Positions 47,042-60,165 of a DNA stretch of 64,000 bases are shown piece by piece. The position numbers and the translations under genes are program-made. The DNA is from Alphaproteobacteria bacterium (GTDB lineage Bacteria; Pseudomonadota; Alphaproteobacteria; SHVR01): contig SHVR01000005.1 in NCBI GenBank assembly GCA_009694185.1, positions 10,468 through 74,467 on the forward strand. Reading direction: 5' to 3'. The number at the start of each line of letters is the position of its first letter. Position 1 is the stretch's first letter. The notes under the pieces were generated by a model. That model was not told the origin of the DNA and did not search any database. It was given only the letters and a program-made list of their open reading frames with translations.

Positions 47042-47129
47042 CCTGTCGCTCTTGACGCCGGTTCCGAGCATGCCAATAACAACCATGGAACGGACATCAC
47101 CTTAACAACGTCGCGAGGCCAGTGAAACG

Positions 47130-48548
47130 ATGAGCGTCGTCACACGCTTCGCCCCGTCACCGACGGGCTTCCTGCATATCGGGGGTGCCCGCACGGCCTT
47201 GTTCAATTGGCTGTTCACGCGCCGTCATGGCGGCACCTATCGCCTGCGCATCGAGGACACCGATCGCAAGCGCTCCACCGTGGAGGCCATCGCCGCCATC
47301 GTCGAGGGCCTCAAATGGCTCGAACTGGATTGGGACGGCGAGATCGTCTTCCAGTCCCGGCGCCTGGCGCGCCATGGCGAAGTGGCGCGCCAGATGCTGG
47401 CGGCGGGCACGGCCTATCGCTGTTATTCGACGCCCGAGGAGCTGACCCAGATGCGCGAGCGGGCGCGCGCCGAAGGCCGGCCGATCCGCTATGACGGGAC
47501 GTGGCGCGAGCGCGACCCCTGCGACGCGCCGGCGGGCGTGGCGCCGGCGATCCGTTTGAAGGCACCGCAAACCGGCGAGACCCTGGTGGAAGACCGCGTG
47601 CAAGGCCCGGTGCGCGTCGCCAATGGCGAACTCGACGACATGATCCTGCTGCGCTCCGACGGCACGCCCACCTACATGCACTCGGTCGTGGTCGACGACC
47701 ATGACATGGCGATCACCCATGTCATTCGGGGTGACGATCACTTCTCCAATACGTTCCGGCAATTACAGATCTATCACGCACTCGATTGGCCGACGCCGGC
47801 CTTCGCCCATATCCCGCTGCTGCACGGGCCCGACGGCGCCAAGCTCTCGAAGCGCCATGGCGCGCTTGGCGTCGAAGCCTATCGCGACATGGGGTTCCTG
47901 CCCGAGGCCATGCGCAACTATTTGCTGCGTCTCGGCTGGGCCCATGGCGACGACGAGACCATCGCGACCGAACAGGCGATCCTCTGGTTCGAGCTCGATG
48001 GCGTCGGGCGCTCGCCCTCGCGGGTCGACATGGCGAAGCTCCAGAACCTCAACGCCCATTACATTCGCGAAGCCGAGGCCGGCCGTCTCGCGGACGCGAT
48101 CATGGCCCGCCTCGCCGCCGACGGCCGTCCCAAAGTGGCGAGCGATGTGCTGCGTGGCCGCCTGCTGGCCGGCATGGACGGCCTCCGGCCCCGAGCCAAG
48201 ACACTGGTCGAATTGGCCGATCTTGCGGCCTTCTATGGCCTCTCACGGCCTCTCGCACTCGACGGCAAGGCGGCTAAGCTCCTCGATGGCGCCGCGCGCG
48301 AACGCCTCGCCGGGGTACACGCCGCACTGGCGAATGCGGGCGAGTGGACGGAGTCCGGGCTCGATGCGATAGTTCGCAATCATGCCGAGCAACGGGGCGT
48401 GAAACTCGGCGATATGGCGCAGCCATTGCGCGCCGCGTTAACCGGATCGACAGTATCGCCGGGTATTTTCGAGGTCATGGCCGTTTTGGGTCCGGAAGAG
48501 AGCCGCAGCCGTCTCGCCGATGCGATTGCCGGCCTGAATCCTGTCTAA
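47130..48548 (+). CDS. gltX: Glutamate-tRNA ligase
   Basis: [35 protein letters not shown]. Confidence 0.98.
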   Translation: MSVVTRFAPSPTGFLHIGGARTALFNWLFTRRHGGTYRLRIEDTDRKRSTVEAIAAIVEGLKWLELDWDGEIVFQSRRLARHGEVARQMLAAGTAYRCYSTPEELTQMRERARAEGRPIRYDGTWRERDPCDAPAGVAPAIRLKAPQTGETLVEDRVQGPVRVANGELDDMILLRSDGTPTYMHSVVVDDHDMAITHVIRGDDHFSNTFRQLQIYHALDWPTPAFAHIPLLHGPDGAKLSKRHGALGVEAYRDMGFLPEAMRNYLLRLGWAHGDDETIATEQAILWFELDGVGRSPSRVDMAKLQNLNAHYIREAEAGRLADAIMARLAADGRPKVASDVLRGRLLAGMDGLRPRAKTLVELADLAAFYGLSRPLALDGKAAKLLDGAARERLAGVHAALANAGEWTESGLDAIVRNHAEQRGVKLGDMAQPLRAALTGSTVSPGIFEVMAVLGPEESRSRLADAIAGLNPV

Positions 48549-48553
48549 CCGCC

Positions 48554-48583
48554 ATATTGCAGTGCATTATTGCAATGCAATAT
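48554..48583. promoter_or_regulatory. Tandem PhaR-like boxes upstream of gltA
   Basis: ATATTGCAGTGCATTATTGCAATGCAATAT: two TGCRNYGCA units (48558-48566, 48571-48579) inside a palindrome. The regulator is inferred. Confidence 0.5.
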
Positions 48584-48653
48584 TTCGGCGAACATGTAGA
48601 ATTATTAAGCATAGTGGGTTCCGCAATAGATCGTTACGCGAGGAATTCCGGAC

Positions 48654-49988
<1,335 letters not shown>

Positions 49989-50012
49989 CCACGTCTCGTG
50001 GTCGATCGATCC

Positions 50013-50042
50013 AAGGGCGGCACCGCCGGGTGCCGCCCTTTT
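50013..50042 (+). terminator. Intrinsic terminator between convergent gltA and gloA
   Basis: AAGGGCGGCACC-GCCG-GGTGCCGCCCTT followed by TT; perfect 12-bp stem. Confidence 0.75.
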
Positions 50043-50052
50043 CCTTACCGAG

Positions 50053-50496
50053 CTATTTTCGCTCGACCAGTTCGATGCGATAGCCGTCCGGGTCCTCGAT
50101 GAAGGCGATGACGCTGCCGCCATGGGCCATCGGTCCGGCGGGCCTGGGAATCTTGACGCCTTCCTTGGCGAGCGCGGCACAGGTGCCATGGACGTCGGGG
50201 ACGCCGATCGCCAGATGGCCGAAGCCGGTGCCGAGCTGGTAGGGCTCCCGCTGCTCCCAATTATGGGTCAGTTCGACCACGCATTGGCTGGCCTCGTCGC
50301 CATAGCCGACGAAGGCGAGCGTGAACTTGCCGGTCGGGTAGTCCTTCTGGCGCAACAAATTCATGCCGAGAAGCCGGGTGTAGAAATCGAGCGATTTTTT
50401 CAGGTCATGCACACGGATCATGGTGTGCAGCAGGCGGTACTTCTCGGTGCCGTGGGCAGCCCTGGCGGGGCTTGCCATCGTGGCGGGATCATTCAT
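50053..50496 (-). CDS. gloA: Lactoylglutathione lyase (glyoxalase I)
   Basis: LLHTMIRV, ELTHNW, GFGHLAI, DPDGYRIEL. Confidence 0.96.
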   Translation of the reverse strand: MNDPATMASPARAAHGTEKYRLLHTMIRVHDLKKSLDFYTRLLGMNLLRQKDYPTGKFTLAFVGYGDEASQCVVELTHNWEQREPYQLGTGFGHLAIGVPDVHGTCAALAKEGVKIPRPAGPMAHGGSVIAFIEDPDGYRIELVERK

Positions 50497-51701
50497 GGCG
50501 TTGCTCCGGGTTGCTCGGGTTGGCGCCCACTCTGGCCCGCGCCGCCACGATAGGCAAGCGCCAGCACCCGTTCGGCCGCGCCGGCGCTCGGCGACCGGCC
50601 GGCCGGCGCGAGCCGGGCAATGGCTTCCCCAAAGCCAGCGCGCTGCGCCGCTCTCGCCTCGGGGTCGCGGAGCAAGTGGACGATTGCGTCCGCGAGCCGA
50701 TCGGGCGCGCACGCCCCCTGCAACAGTTCGGGCACGGCCGGCCGCCCCAGCAGGATGTTCACCAGTGAAATATGGGGCACGCGAAGCAGCCGCCGGCCGA
50801 GCCAGTAGGAGAGCGGGTGCAGGCGATAGGCGACCACCATGGGCACGCCCGCCCATGCCAACTCCAGAGTCACGGTGCCCGAGACCGCAAGCGCCACATC
50901 GGCGGCGGCGAAAGCATCCCGCTTCGCATCGCCCGCCAGCACCACGCACGTCGGCACCGGCCAGGCGGCCGCCGCCTTGCTCACTGTTTCAACGACCGCC
51001 TCAACCGTTGGCAAGACCACTTGCAAGCCGTCGACCCGAGGCCCGAGACGGCGAACCGTATCGGCGAAGACCGGCAGCAGCCGTTCGACCTCGCTGGCGC
51101 GGCTGCCGGCGAGCACGGCTATGAGCGGCGCCCCGACGGCGATCCCGTGCTCGCGGCGAAACCGGGCGCCGCCGCCCGCCGGCTGCTCGACCACGGGATG
51201 GCCAACCCATGTGGTCGCGAGGCCCTCGCGTTCGAACAGGAGCGGCTCGAACGGCAGCAGGGCCAGAAGATGATCGTAGAGCGCCGCCATCCGCTTGGCG
51301 CGGCCTGGGCGCCAGGCCCAGACCATGGGTGCCACATAATGCACGCGCGGAATGGTCGACCCGGCCCCCACCAGCCGTTTGGCCACCCGGTTGTTGAATG
51401 AGGACGAGTCGATGGTGACGATCGCATCGGGCCGCATGGCCAGGATCGCGTCCGCGGTCTGGCGAATACGGCGAAGGAGCAGTGGGAGGCGCGGCACCAC
51501 TTCCGCCACCCCCATGACCGAGAGATCGGCCATGGGAAACAGGCTGACGAGGCCGGCCTCGGTCATCCGGGCGCCGCCGACACCGGCGAACCGGGGCGCC
51601 GCCGGCGCTTGTTCTTTGATCTTCGCCATGAGGGCGGCCCCCAGCGCGTCGCCCGATGGCTCGCCCGCGACGAGAAAAATGAAGGGCGGGCGTCCGGACA
51701 C
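50493..51701 (-). CDS. lpxB: Lipid-A-disaccharide synthase
   Basis: VAGEPSGDALG, YVAPMVWAWRPGR, LLPFE, GSR, SGTVTLE. GTG start inferred. Confidence 0.95.
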   Translation of the reverse strand: MSGRPPFIFLVAGEPSGDALGAALMAKIKEQAPAAPRFAGVGGARMTEAGLVSLFPMADLSVMGVAEVVPRLPLLLRRIRQTADAILAMRPDAIVTIDSSSFNNRVAKRLVGAGSTIPRVHYVAPMVWAWRPGRAKRMAALYDHLLALLPFEPLLFEREGLATTWVGHPVVEQPAGGGARFRREHGIAVGAPLIAVLAGSRASEVERLLPVFADTVRRLGPRVDGLQVVLPTVEAVVETVSKAAAAWPVPTCVVLAGDAKRDAFAAADVALAVSGTVTLELAWAGVPMVVAYRLHPLSYWLGRRLLRVPHISLVNILLGRPAVPELLQGACAPDRLADAIVHLLRDPEARAAQRAGFGEAIARLAPAGRSPSAGAAERVLALAYRGGAGQSGRQPEQPGATP

Positions 51702-51709
51702 GGGCGGTC

Positions 51710-52573
51710 TCAGCAGTCCGGCGTGAGGTCGCCGGGCGTGAAGGCGACGACGAACAGCCCCGCTTTGTCGGCGGCCTCGACGATGGCGGCCCGGTCGATA
51801 ACCAGACTTGCCCCGGCCTCGATGGCGATCCCACGGAGACCCGCGGCACTGGCCCGGAGCACGGTTGCGAGCCCGATGGTGGGCAGGTCGACACGACGTT
51901 CCTGGCCCGGCTTGCTGAGTTTGACCAGGACGCCCGGCGGGCCTTCCCGGCGGAGACCGGCCGCCCGCTCCAGCATCGAATCGGTGCCCTCGACCGCCTC
52001 GACGGCGAGCACGATCGCCTGCTGCACGACGACCGCCTGACCGACATCGACCGAGCCGAGCGCCCGGGCCACGTCGGCGCCGCGCCGAATGTCCCGCCAC
52101 GCCTCGCCGTCGGGCGTATGGGCACCATAGACCCCCGGGGAAGCGAGCAATTCGCCGAGCACGTCGTCCGGCCCCACCACGCGAAAGCCCTCGCCCTCCA
52201 ACTCGCGCACCACCAACGAGAGCACGGAATCGTCACCCAGAATACGAAGGCCGACCTTCGCCAGGAATGCGAGTGCCCGCCGGTCCGGTCTCAACGCCGC
52301 GAGCGACGGGCGACGCACACGCCCCGCGAAGACAATTTCGCCGGCACCCGCGCCCCGTAGCAAGTCGATGGCGGTTCCCGCCTCACCCATGCGTATCCAG
52401 GCATGGGGCACGTCCGCGAAGGCACCCGCCCGCGCTTGCCCTTCCAGGGCAAGGACGAACACGGGACGGTCGACGGCGCGGCAAGCGTCGATGAGCCGCA
52501 TCGGCAAGTCGCCGCCGCCGGCCACGATGGCGAGTGTGGCGGGCGCGGCCGGCGGCTCCGCCTCAATCGGCAT
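51710..52573 (-). CDS. lpxI: UDP-2,3-diacylglucosamine hydrolase LpxI
   Basis: [38 protein letters not shown]. Between lpxA and lpxB. Confidence 0.94.
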   Translation of the reverse strand: MPIEAEPPAAPATLAIVAGGGDLPMRLIDACRAVDRPVFVLALEGQARAGAFADVPHAWIRMGEAGTAIDLLRGAGAGEIVFAGRVRRPSLAALRPDRRALAFLAKVGLRILGDDSVLSLVVRELEGEGFRVVGPDDVLGELLASPGVYGAHTPDGEAWRDIRRGADVARALGSVDVGQAVVVQQAIVLAVEAVEGTDSMLERAAGLRREGPPGVLVKLSKPGQERRVDLPTIGLATVLRASAAGLRGIAIEAGASLVIDRAAIVEAADKAGLFVVAFTPGDLTPDC

Positions 52574-53363
52574 CGCCAGCCTTGGGCTGGCAGATGGCCC
52601 GGTTCGAAGCGGTCTCGATGAAGCGCACGATGTCCATGACGCCTGGATTGTCGCCATACATGCCGGCCACGTCGGCAACCCGCTCCTGCATGGTGCCTTC
52701 CTCGGCGAACAACAGCCGGTAGGCGGTCCGGAGCGCCTGGGTCTCCTCGCGGCTGAAGCCGCGTCGGCGCAAGCCCACGAGATTAAGCCCCCGTAGCCTT
52801 GCCCGATCCCCGAAGACCGAGCCATAGGGGATGACGTCATGCTCGACGCCCGACATGCCGCCGATCATGGCGTGGGCGCCGATGCGCACGAACTGGTGCA
52901 CCGCCGATAAGCCGCCGAGGATCGCGTAATCGCCCACCTGAACATGCCCGCCGAGGGTCGCATTGTTGGCCATGATGACATGGTCGGCGATACGGCAATC
53001 ATGGGCGACGTGAGCCCCCACCATGAAGAGGCAGTGATTGCCGACAATTGTTTCCATGCCGCCAGCCTCGGTGCCCGGATTCATGGTGACATGTTCGCGA
53101 ATCCGGTTATCTCCACCGATGATCAAGCGCGACGCCTCACCGTTGTATTTGAGGTCCTGCGGCTGGTGTCCGATCGAGGCGAAAGGAAATATGTGCGTGC
53201 GAGGACCGATGCGGGTGCGTCCGGCGACGACCACATGGGCCTCCAGGACGACCCCGGCCCGAAGCTCGACCTCGGGACCCACGATGCAATAAGGCCCGAC
53301 GGACACGGCTTCGCCGAGCGTCGCCCCGGGTGCCACGATGGCGGTCGGATGAATCGCCGCCAT
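52563..53363 (-). CDS. lpxA: UDP-GlcNAc acyltransferase
   Basis: [36 protein letters not shown]. Confidence 0.97.
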   Translation of the reverse strand: MAAIHPTAIVAPGATLGEAVSVGPYCIVGPEVELRAGVVLEAHVVVAGRTRIGPRTHIFPFASIGHQPQDLKYNGEASRLIIGGDNRIREHVTMNPGTEAGGMETIVGNHCLFMVGAHVAHDCRIADHVIMANNATLGGHVQVGDYAILGGLSAVHQFVRIGAHAMIGGMSGVEHDVIPYGSVFGDRARLRGLNLVGLRRRGFSREETQALRTAYRLLFAEEGTMQERVADVAGMYGDNPGVMDIVRFIETASNRAICQPKAGDAD

Positions 53364-53397
53364 GGGCTTACCGCTCGATGAACCGACCCGCGACAAA

Positions 53398-53865
53398 TCA
53401 GTCATTCATGATCATCGCGCTGTAGGTCGCCTCGGCCATCAAAGCCTCGCCGACCCGCGCCTCGCCACGGAATTTCCAGACATTCGCCCGATGCCGCTGT
53501 TTGACGACATGGATGCGAAGTTGGTCGCCTGGAAATACCGGCTTGCGAAACCGGGCATTCTCGATCGTCATGAAATAGACCAGCTTACCTTCCGCCGCCG
53601 GACCCAGTGTGTGGACAACCAAGACGGCCGCCGTCTGGGCCATGGCCTCGATGATCAGGACCCCGGGCATGACCGGGCGCAGCGGGAAATGCCCCTGGAA
53701 ATGCGGTTCATCGATCGACACATTCTTGATGGCCGTAGCACTCGCGTCGGGAACCAGGGCGACGATGCGGTCGATCATCAAGAAGGGATAGCGATGGGGA
53801 ATCATTTCCATAATGCGGGTTATGTCCACATTGACAACCCCGAGCGCTTTCGATGCCCCTTCCAT
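53398..53865 (-). CDS. fabZ: 3-hydroxyacyl-ACP dehydratase
   Basis: [28 protein letters not shown]. Confidence 0.98.
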   Translation of the reverse strand: MEGASKALGVVNVDITRIMEMIPHRYPFLMIDRIVALVPDASATAIKNVSIDEPHFQGHFPLRPVMPGVLIIEAMAQTAAVLVVHTLGPAAEGKLVYFMTIENARFRKPVFPGDQLRIHVVKQRHRANVWKFRGEARVGEALMAEATYSAMIMND

Positions 53866-53869
53866 ATTT

Positions 53870-54895
53870 CTAGCCGCCTCTCTTCTTGGCGAGCCTGGTC
53901 AATATCGCGACGGTTCGGAAGAATTCGCGAACCGGCATGGCGGGACTCCCGATGACGGATTCGCCCGCGCCCACGTCGCGCATGACCCCGGCCTTGGCCC
54001 CTATCCTGGCACCGCGGCCGATGCGTAAATGGCCCGCTACTCCACCTTGGGCCGCGATGACGGCATAGTCCTCAAGCACCGTACTGCCCGCGACACCCGC
54101 CTGGGCCACGATGACGCACCCCCGACCAATCCGCACGTTGTGCCCGATCTGAACCAGATTATCAATCTTCGTTCCGTCGCCGATGATGGTGTCCGGACCG
54201 GAGCCCCGATCGACGGTGCTGTTGGCGCCGATCTCCACATCGTCGCCGATGATGACCCGCCCGAGTTGGGGAATGTCGAGATGACCTTCGGCGCTCATGG
54301 CGAAACCGAAACCCCTTGTGCCGATCCGCACGCCGGCATGGATCAGCACCCTGGAGCCCACCAGGCAATAGCCGAGCGAGGCGCCAGCGCCGATCTCCAC
54401 ATCGTCGCCGATGCGCACACCGTTACCAATCACGGCATTGGCGCCGATATCGGAGTTCGCGCCGGTCACCACGGCGCGCCCGACCACCGCGCCCGGCCCG
54501 ACGCGAGCACCGGCACCCAACACGGCCGTGGCATCAATCTGGGCGGTCGGGTCGATTCCAGGCGGAAACGCCGGCAGCGGATGGAAGGCCCGAGCCAGGA
54601 GGGCATAGGCGCGATGGGGGTTCTCGGCGACGAGGAGGGCCATGCCGACGGGGGCCGCCTCGGCAAATCGCGCCGGCACGACACAGGCGCCAGCCCGGGT
54701 CCGGAGCAGCGCCTCCAGATAACGCTGGTCGAGGAGAAAACTAACGGCGTCGGGCTCGGCTTCCTCCAACGCCGCGATGTCGCGAAAGACCCGCTCCGGC
54801 TCGGGCGGATTTAGCGGCGTCGCCGCCGCGATCCGCGCCAGCTCTGCAAAGGTGAACGGGCCTTTGGGCGGCTCGAAGAAACGCGGATCCGCCAT
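53870..54895 (-). CDS. lpxD: UDP-3-O-acylglucosamine N-acyltransferase
   Basis: MADPRFF, hexapeptide repeats, [20 protein letters not shown]. Confidence 0.97.
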   Translation of the reverse strand: MADPRFFEPPKGPFTFAELARIAAATPLNPPEPERVFRDIAALEEAEPDAVSFLLDQRYLEALLRTRAGACVVPARFAEAAPVGMALLVAENPHRAYALLARAFHPLPAFPPGIDPTAQIDATAVLGAGARVGPGAVVGRAVVTGANSDIGANAVIGNGVRIGDDVEIGAGASLGYCLVGSRVLIHAGVRIGTRGFGFAMSAEGHLDIPQLGRVIIGDDVEIGANSTVDRGSGPDTIIGDGTKIDNLVQIGHNVRIGRGCVIVAQAGVAGSTVLEDYAVIAAQGGVAGHLRIGRGARIGAKAGVMRDVGAGESVIGSPAMPVREFFRTVAILTRLAKKRGG

Positions 54896-54898
54896 ACG

Positions 54899-55450
54899 TT
54901 ACCCCTTGGGCACCTCAACCTTGGTAGCCGGAAGCTGGACGTTCAGCCGCTTCAACGCCTCGGCGGTGGAATCCAGCCGCTCGTCCAGCGCCAAGAGGAC
55001 GCCGCGCGGGACGACGACGTTCGCACCCCGTTCGGTCATCAACGCGCGCGTGATTTCGACCAGGACACCGCGGACCTTTTGCATGGCCCCCGCCTCCGCC
55101 TGGTCGAGCTGCCGGCGCCGGGTTCGCGCCTTTACTTGCAGCGCGGACGCGCGCTGCTGCAGTTCCTGGCGCCGCTGCTGGCTCGCCTCCTGGCTCAGCA
55201 ATTGCCGCTGTTGGCCCAGTTCCTGGTCCATGCGACGGAGTTCGTCTTCCTCCTTGGTGATCTCGCCCTGATAGGAAGTGCGGATTTTGTCTAGCTGTTC
55301 CCGGACATTCTTCATCACCGTCGCTTCCTTGAGGATGCGATCCGTGTCGATGACCATGACGACCGGTTGCGGGAGCGGCTGAGCCTCCGCCGGGCCGACG
55401 ATCGGGATCAGGGCAAGAATGAGGAGGCAAGCAAAGGTCACGGCGCGCAT
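54899..55450 (-). CDS. skp: Skp/OmpH periplasmic chaperone
   Basis: Signal peptide, VID motif, coiled coil. Between bamA and lpxD. Confidence 0.88.
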   Translation of the reverse strand: MRAVTFACLLILALIPIVGPAEAQPLPQPVVMVIDTDRILKEATVMKNVREQLDKIRTSYQGEITKEEDELRRMDQELGQQRQLLSQEASQQRRQELQQRASALQVKARTRRRQLDQAEAGAMQKVRGVLVEITRALMTERGANVVVPRGVLLALDERLDSTAEALKRLNVQLPATKVEVPKG

Positions 55451-55453
55451 GGG

Positions 55454-57748
55454 TCAGAATCTCGTTCCAAAGCTGAACAGGAAACGGTCGATCTTGTCGA
55501 AATCCTCTTTGAGGATGGGTTGCGCGACATCCAAGCGCAGCGGGCCGAAGGGTGACACATAGGTGATCCCAAAGCCAACCGAAGCGCGGATCGAGGATTC
55601 ATCGCGGACCTCGGGGGCGTCGATCTCAAAGCCGCCGACCGTGCCGATATCCGTGAACACCCGGCCGCGAACATTGAATTCCTTCGGCAAACCAAGCGGG
55701 AAGGCGAGTTCGGTCGTGCTTACTGCGTAATAAGTGCCACCAAGCGCGTCGTCCGTACGGGTATCCCTGGCACCCACGCCACCCAACTCGAAGCCACGAA
55801 AATCGTCGCCGCCAACGAGGAAGCGATCGTTGATGCGCGTATTCTGGCCAAGGCCGGCAATGTAACCCGCCCGGCCACCCAATCCCAACACCACCTGATC
55901 GCCAAACGGGAAGTAGACAGTGCCCTTAACAATTCCGCGCGCGAAATTTATGTCGCCGCCCAACCCCGCGAAATCAGTGCCCAAGCTCACGATGTAACCA
56001 TCGCTGGGATCGAACCGGTTATCGCGCTTGTCATAGACGATTTCTTGCCCGACCAGCGACACGACCTTGGCGCCTTCCTGGTCCTGGATGAATCGCGACG
56101 TCTCGGTTCCGGCGATGATGTCGTCTACCCGAGCGGTGTAGCGCAGATTTTGCCGCAGCGTCTCGCTCAGCCGATAACCGGTTCGCAACGACGTGCCCGT
56201 CGAGTTCAGCCGGAACGAACTCTCGTCCAGCAGGTCCCGGCGGATACTGAAGATATCGACGCCGGCGCTGACATTACGATCGAGAAAGTAGGGCTCGGTA
56301 AAGCTGATGTCGGCCTGCTGGCGGAACTGGGCGATGGAGAGTCCCAACCGCAAGTCTTGGCCGCGGCCAAGCAGGTTACGTTCCCGAATACCGATATCCG
56401 TCAGCGGACCGAGACTCGACGAGAAGCCGGCGCCGAGCGACAACTCGCCCGTCGAGCGCTCCGTAACATCGACCTTGATTGTCGTGCGGTCGGGCTCGTC
56501 GCCCTGGACGTTCGTGACCTCGGCTTTTTCGAAATAGCCGAGATTGCGAAGTCGCTGTCGCGTGCGACGGATCTTGGCTGTATTGAAGGCGTCGCCTTCC
56601 TGAAGCCGGAACTCCCGGCGAATAACTCGATCGAGCGTGCGAACATTGCCTTCGATCTCGATGCGGTCGACATACACCCTGGGCCCTTCCGCGATGCCGT
56701 AACTGACATCGACGCGCAGCGTGTCGCGATCGCGGTTCACACTCGGCTTCACGTCGACAAAGGCGTAACCGAACCGCCCCACCTCGTCGGTGAGCGCCTC
56801 GATCGTCTTGTCGACCGCGTCGGCATTGTACCAATCGCCTGACGCCGTCGTGACCAGCTGGCGGACTTGCTCCACATCCAAGTCCGGAAGCTGACTGACC
56901 ACGTCGATCTTGCCGAACTTGTAGCGCTGCCCCTCCTCCACCGTGAATGTCACGACAAAACCGGTACGCTCCGGAACCAGCTCGGCAACCGCCGAAACGA
57001 CGCGAAAATCGGCATAGCCTTTCGACAGGTAGAATTTCCGCAACAGCTCCCGGTCGTAGGCCAAGCGGTCGGGATCGTAGACGTCGTCGCTGCTCAAGAA
57101 CTTGTACCAGCGGTACTCCTCGGTTTGAACTTCCGAGCGCAATTGCCCGTCGCTGAACCGCCTGTTGCCGACGAACACGATTCGGTCAACATAGGTGGTC
57201 TGACCCTCGTCGATCTCGAAGACGAGATCGACACGGTTCTGGGGCAAGGTGATGATCTTGGGTTCGACGGTGGCCGCGAAGCGGCCGCCGCGGCGATAGA
57301 CGTCGAGGATGCGTTTGACATCGGTTTGCACGCGGGTACGGGTGTAGACGGTGCGCGGCCGAAGTTGGACTTCCGCCTCAAGCGTCTTGTCGTCGATACG
57401 GCTATTTCCCTCAAAGGCGATGCGGTTGATGATCGGATTTTCGACCACCCGCACCACCAGATCGGAGTCTTGCTGACGGATGGTCACGTCGACAAAGAAT
57501 CCGGTGCCGAACAACGCCTTGAGCGAAGCGTCCATCTTGACTTCGTCGAAACGCTCGCCCGCCCTGAGGGTCAGATAGGACCGCACCGTGTCGGGGTCGA
57601 CCCGCTGGGCACCCTCGATCCGGATGTCGCGAATGGCGTTTTGGGCGCGGCTGGCTCCCGCGTGAACAATGAGGGCCAGCGCCACCAAAGCGACCCTCGT
57701 TAGGGCCCGCGGCCAGAGACGGCCTCGAGGAAAAGCCGGGGCAAACAT
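55454..57748 (-). CDS. bamA: Outer membrane protein assembly factor BamA
   Basis: POTRA repeats, ERNLLGRGQ, FTEPYF, FRGF loop, SPFGPL, C-terminal F. Start inferred. Confidence 0.97.
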   Translation of the reverse strand: MFAPAFPRGRLWPRALTRVALVALALIVHAGASRAQNAIRDIRIEGAQRVDPDTVRSYLTLRAGERFDEVKMDASLKALFGTGFFVDVTIRQQDSDLVVRVVENPIINRIAFEGNSRIDDKTLEAEVQLRPRTVYTRTRVQTDVKRILDVYRRGGRFAATVEPKIITLPQNRVDLVFEIDEGQTTYVDRIVFVGNRRFSDGQLRSEVQTEEYRWYKFLSSDDVYDPDRLAYDRELLRKFYLSKGYADFRVVSAVAELVPERTGFVVTFTVEEGQRYKFGKIDVVSQLPDLDVEQVRQLVTTASGDWYNADAVDKTIEALTDEVGRFGYAFVDVKPSVNRDRDTLRVDVSYGIAEGPRVYVDRIEIEGNVRTLDRVIRREFRLQEGDAFNTAKIRRTRQRLRNLGYFEKAEVTNVQGDEPDRTTIKVDVTERSTGELSLGAGFSSSLGPLTDIGIRERNLLGRGQDLRLGLSIAQFRQQADISFTEPYFLDRNVSAGVDIFSIRRDLLDESSFRLNSTGTSLRTGYRLSETLRQNLRYTARVDDIIAGTETSRFIQDQEGAKVVSLVGQEIVYDKRDNRFDPSDGYIVSLGTDFAGLGGDINFARGIVKGTVYFPFGDQVVLGLGGRAGYIAGLGQNTRINDRFLVGGDDFRGFELGGVGARDTRTDDALGGTYYAVSTTELAFPLGLPKEFNVRGRVFTDIGTVGGFEIDAPEVRDESSIRASVGFGITYVSPFGPLRLDVAQPILKEDFDKIDRFLFSFGTRF

Positions 57749-57752
57749 CCGG

Positions 57753-58886
57753 CTAGCCGACGATCTGCCGGACAAATTCGACCACCCGGAAATGCACCAA
57801 GTCATTCCAGGTGGCAAACAGCATCAGGGCGATCACCAGGGCAAAACCAACCCGTAGACCATATTCCTGGGCGCGCGCACCGAGCGGTCGGCCCCGCATT
57901 GCCTCGATGATGTAGAAAACCAGATGGCCGCCATCCAGCATGGGCACCGGAAACAGGTTGATCAGGCCGAGATTGATCGAGAGCAGGGCCAGGAAGTTGA
58001 CGATCGCGACCAACCCGGCCTGGGTCGCCTCGCCCGACACATAGCCGATCCGGAGGATGCCGCCGATCTCGTTGGCGGGCCGGGTTCCGGCGATCATCTG
58101 GCCAACCACCTTCAAGATCATGGCGCTCATGTCATAGGTGTGTTCGCCCGCGCGCAGGACCGCCGTCAGCGGATCGTGGCGGACGACCCCGATGTCGGTG
58201 CGCGAAATGCCAAGCTGGCCAATGACTTGTATGTTGCCAAGCCGGTCCTTGAGTTCGATCGCCGCCGGGGTCACTCTTAGTCGGATTTCGCCGCCCTCGC
58301 GCCCCAGGACCATGTCGAGCGGTACACCGGGCTGAACCTGCACGATGCGTTGAATGTCCTCGAACCGCCGGACGGTCTGGCCGTCGAGGTTCAGCACCCG
58401 GTCGCCGACCTGGAGACCCGCGGCCTCGGCGGCGCTGCCCGGTACCACCGCGCCCACTTCCGGCGGCGTGAAGGGCTGACCGGCCGTCGCGAACAACAGG
58501 GCGTAGACGATCAGGGCGAACAGGAAGTTCGCCGCCGGTCCGGCCAAGACGATGGCCGCCCGCTGCCCGAGCGACTTGTACTGGAAGGCGACGGTGCGCT
58601 CGTCCGGCGTCAACTCGGTGGCTGGCTCACCCGGCATGCTGGCCGCGTTGGTGTCACCCGCCATCTTGACATAGCCACCGAGCGGGACGGCACTGATCCG
58701 CCAGCGCGTGCCGGCCCGATCGTTCCAACCGAACAACTCGGGGCCGAAACCGATTGAGAACACCTCAACCCGCACGCCGCACCGTCGCGCGACCCAGTAG
58801 TGACCCAGCTCGTGAACGAACACGAGAATGGTCAGCACCACCAGGAAGGGGAGGACGTAATTCCACAGGCTTGCAAGCAAATCCAT
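57753..58886 (-). CDS. rseP: RIP metalloprotease RseP
   Basis: HELGH, FSIGFG, PLGGYVKM, PDZ, NLFPVPMLDGG. Confidence 0.97.
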   Translation of the reverse strand: MDLLASLWNYVLPFLVVLTILVFVHELGHYWVARRCGVRVEVFSIGFGPELFGWNDRAGTRWRISAVPLGGYVKMAGDTNAASMPGEPATELTPDERTVAFQYKSLGQRAAIVLAGPAANFLFALIVYALLFATAGQPFTPPEVGAVVPGSAAEAAGLQVGDRVLNLDGQTVRRFEDIQRIVQVQPGVPLDMVLGREGGEIRLRVTPAAIELKDRLGNIQVIGQLGISRTDIGVVRHDPLTAVLRAGEHTYDMSAMILKVVGQMIAGTRPANEIGGILRIGYVSGEATQAGLVAIVNFLALLSINLGLINLFPVPMLDGGHLVFYIIEAMRGRPLGARAQEYGLRVGFALVIALMLFATWNDLVHFRVVEFVRQIVG

Positions 58887-58959
58887 GACGACTCTTCTAA
58901 TGATAAACGACCGATTTACCTAGCCCGGATTTCGTCCCGCGCCGCGACGACGCGGATGA

Positions 58960-60165
58960 TCAGTCGGCCGCCACCGCGACGCGCGTGAAGCTCGCCGCCA
59001 CCCGGCGCGCCTCGGCGTCAAGGGCCCGGACATCGTCCAGGCTGGCGAACGGGTGGGTGGCAATATCGGCAAGAGTACGCTCGACAATTGCAGTAATTTC
59101 CAGAAACCCGATCCGGCCGGTGAGGAAAGCCTGGACGGCAACCTCGTTAGCGGCATTGAGGACGGTCGGATCGGAGCCACCCCGCCGCAACGCCTCGCGG
59201 GCGAGCCGCAAGGCCGGAAAAGCCGCCGGGTCCGGCTCCTCGAAGGTAAGTTCGCGTACCCGCACTAAGTCAAGGCGGACATCGGAGACCGGCATGCGAT
59301 CCGGCCAGGCCAGCGCCACCGCGATCGGCGTGCGCATATCGGGGGTTCCAAGCTGCGCCAAGGTGGAGCCATCCACATAGGCGACCAGGCTATGAATGAT
59401 CGACTGGGGGTGGACCAGCACCTCGATTCGCGCCTCCGGAACGGGAAACAGATGGTGCGCCTCGATCACTTCGAGGCCCTTGTTCATCATGGTCGCGGAG
59501 TCGACGGAAATCTTGGCCCCCATGTCCCAGTTCGGGTGGGCCACCGCTTCGGCCGGCGTGACGTTCGCCATCTCCGCCCGTGAACGACCGCGGAACGGTC
59601 CCCCGGACGCCGTGAGAATAAGCCGGTCGACCGTTTCGGGCCGCTCGAAATCGAACACCTGGAAGATGGCGCTATGCTCGGAATCCACCGGCAGCAGGGT
59701 GGCGCCATGGGCTCGAGCCGCCGCCATGACCAGATCGCCGGCGCACACCAGGCACTCCTTGTTGGCAAGGCCCACCGTGGCGCCGCGCCGGATCGCGGCC
59801 AGCGTCGGCTCCAGCCCGGCGGCACCCACAATCGCCGCCATGACCCAATCGGCCGGCCGCTCGGCCGCCTCGACCAGGGCCTGGCGCCCGGCGGCCACTA
59901 TGATGCCGGTGCCGGCGAGGCCATCGGCCAGGTCGCGGTAGCGCTGGGGATCGGCCACGGCAACGAAACGCGGCCTGAGCCGCCGCGCCTGATCGATGAC
60001 GGTTGCGACATTGCCGTTCGCCGTCAGCGCCTCAACCCGAAAGGCGTCCGGGTCGGCGGCGAGCGCATCCGCGATCAAGTCCACGGTGTTGCAGCCGACC
60101 GATCCGGTCGAGCCGAGGATCGTCACCGACCTCGGCCGAATTTTCATCCCCCCCGGCGTCGTCAT
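58960..60165 (-). CDS. dxr: 1-deoxy-D-xylulose-5-phosphate reductoisomerase
   Basis: LGSTGSVG, LANKE, PVDSEH, HPNWDMGAKIS, NAANE. Confidence 0.98.
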   Translation of the reverse strand: MTTPGGMKIRPRSVTILGSTGSVGCNTVDLIADALAADPDAFRVEALTANGNVATVIDQARRLRPRFVAVADPQRYRDLADGLAGTGIIVAAGRQALVEAAERPADWVMAAIVGAAGLEPTLAAIRRGATVGLANKECLVCAGDLVMAAARAHGATLLPVDSEHSAIFQVFDFERPETVDRLILTASGGPFRGRSRAEMANVTPAEAVAHPNWDMGAKISVDSATMMNKGLEVIEAHHLFPVPEARIEVLVHPQSIIHSLVAYVDGSTLAQLGTPDMRTPIAVALAWPDRMPVSDVRLDLVRVRELTFEEPDPAAFPALRLAREALRRGGSDPTVLNAANEVAVQAFLTGRIGFLEITAIVERTLADIATHPFASLDDVRALDAEARRVAASFTRVAVAAD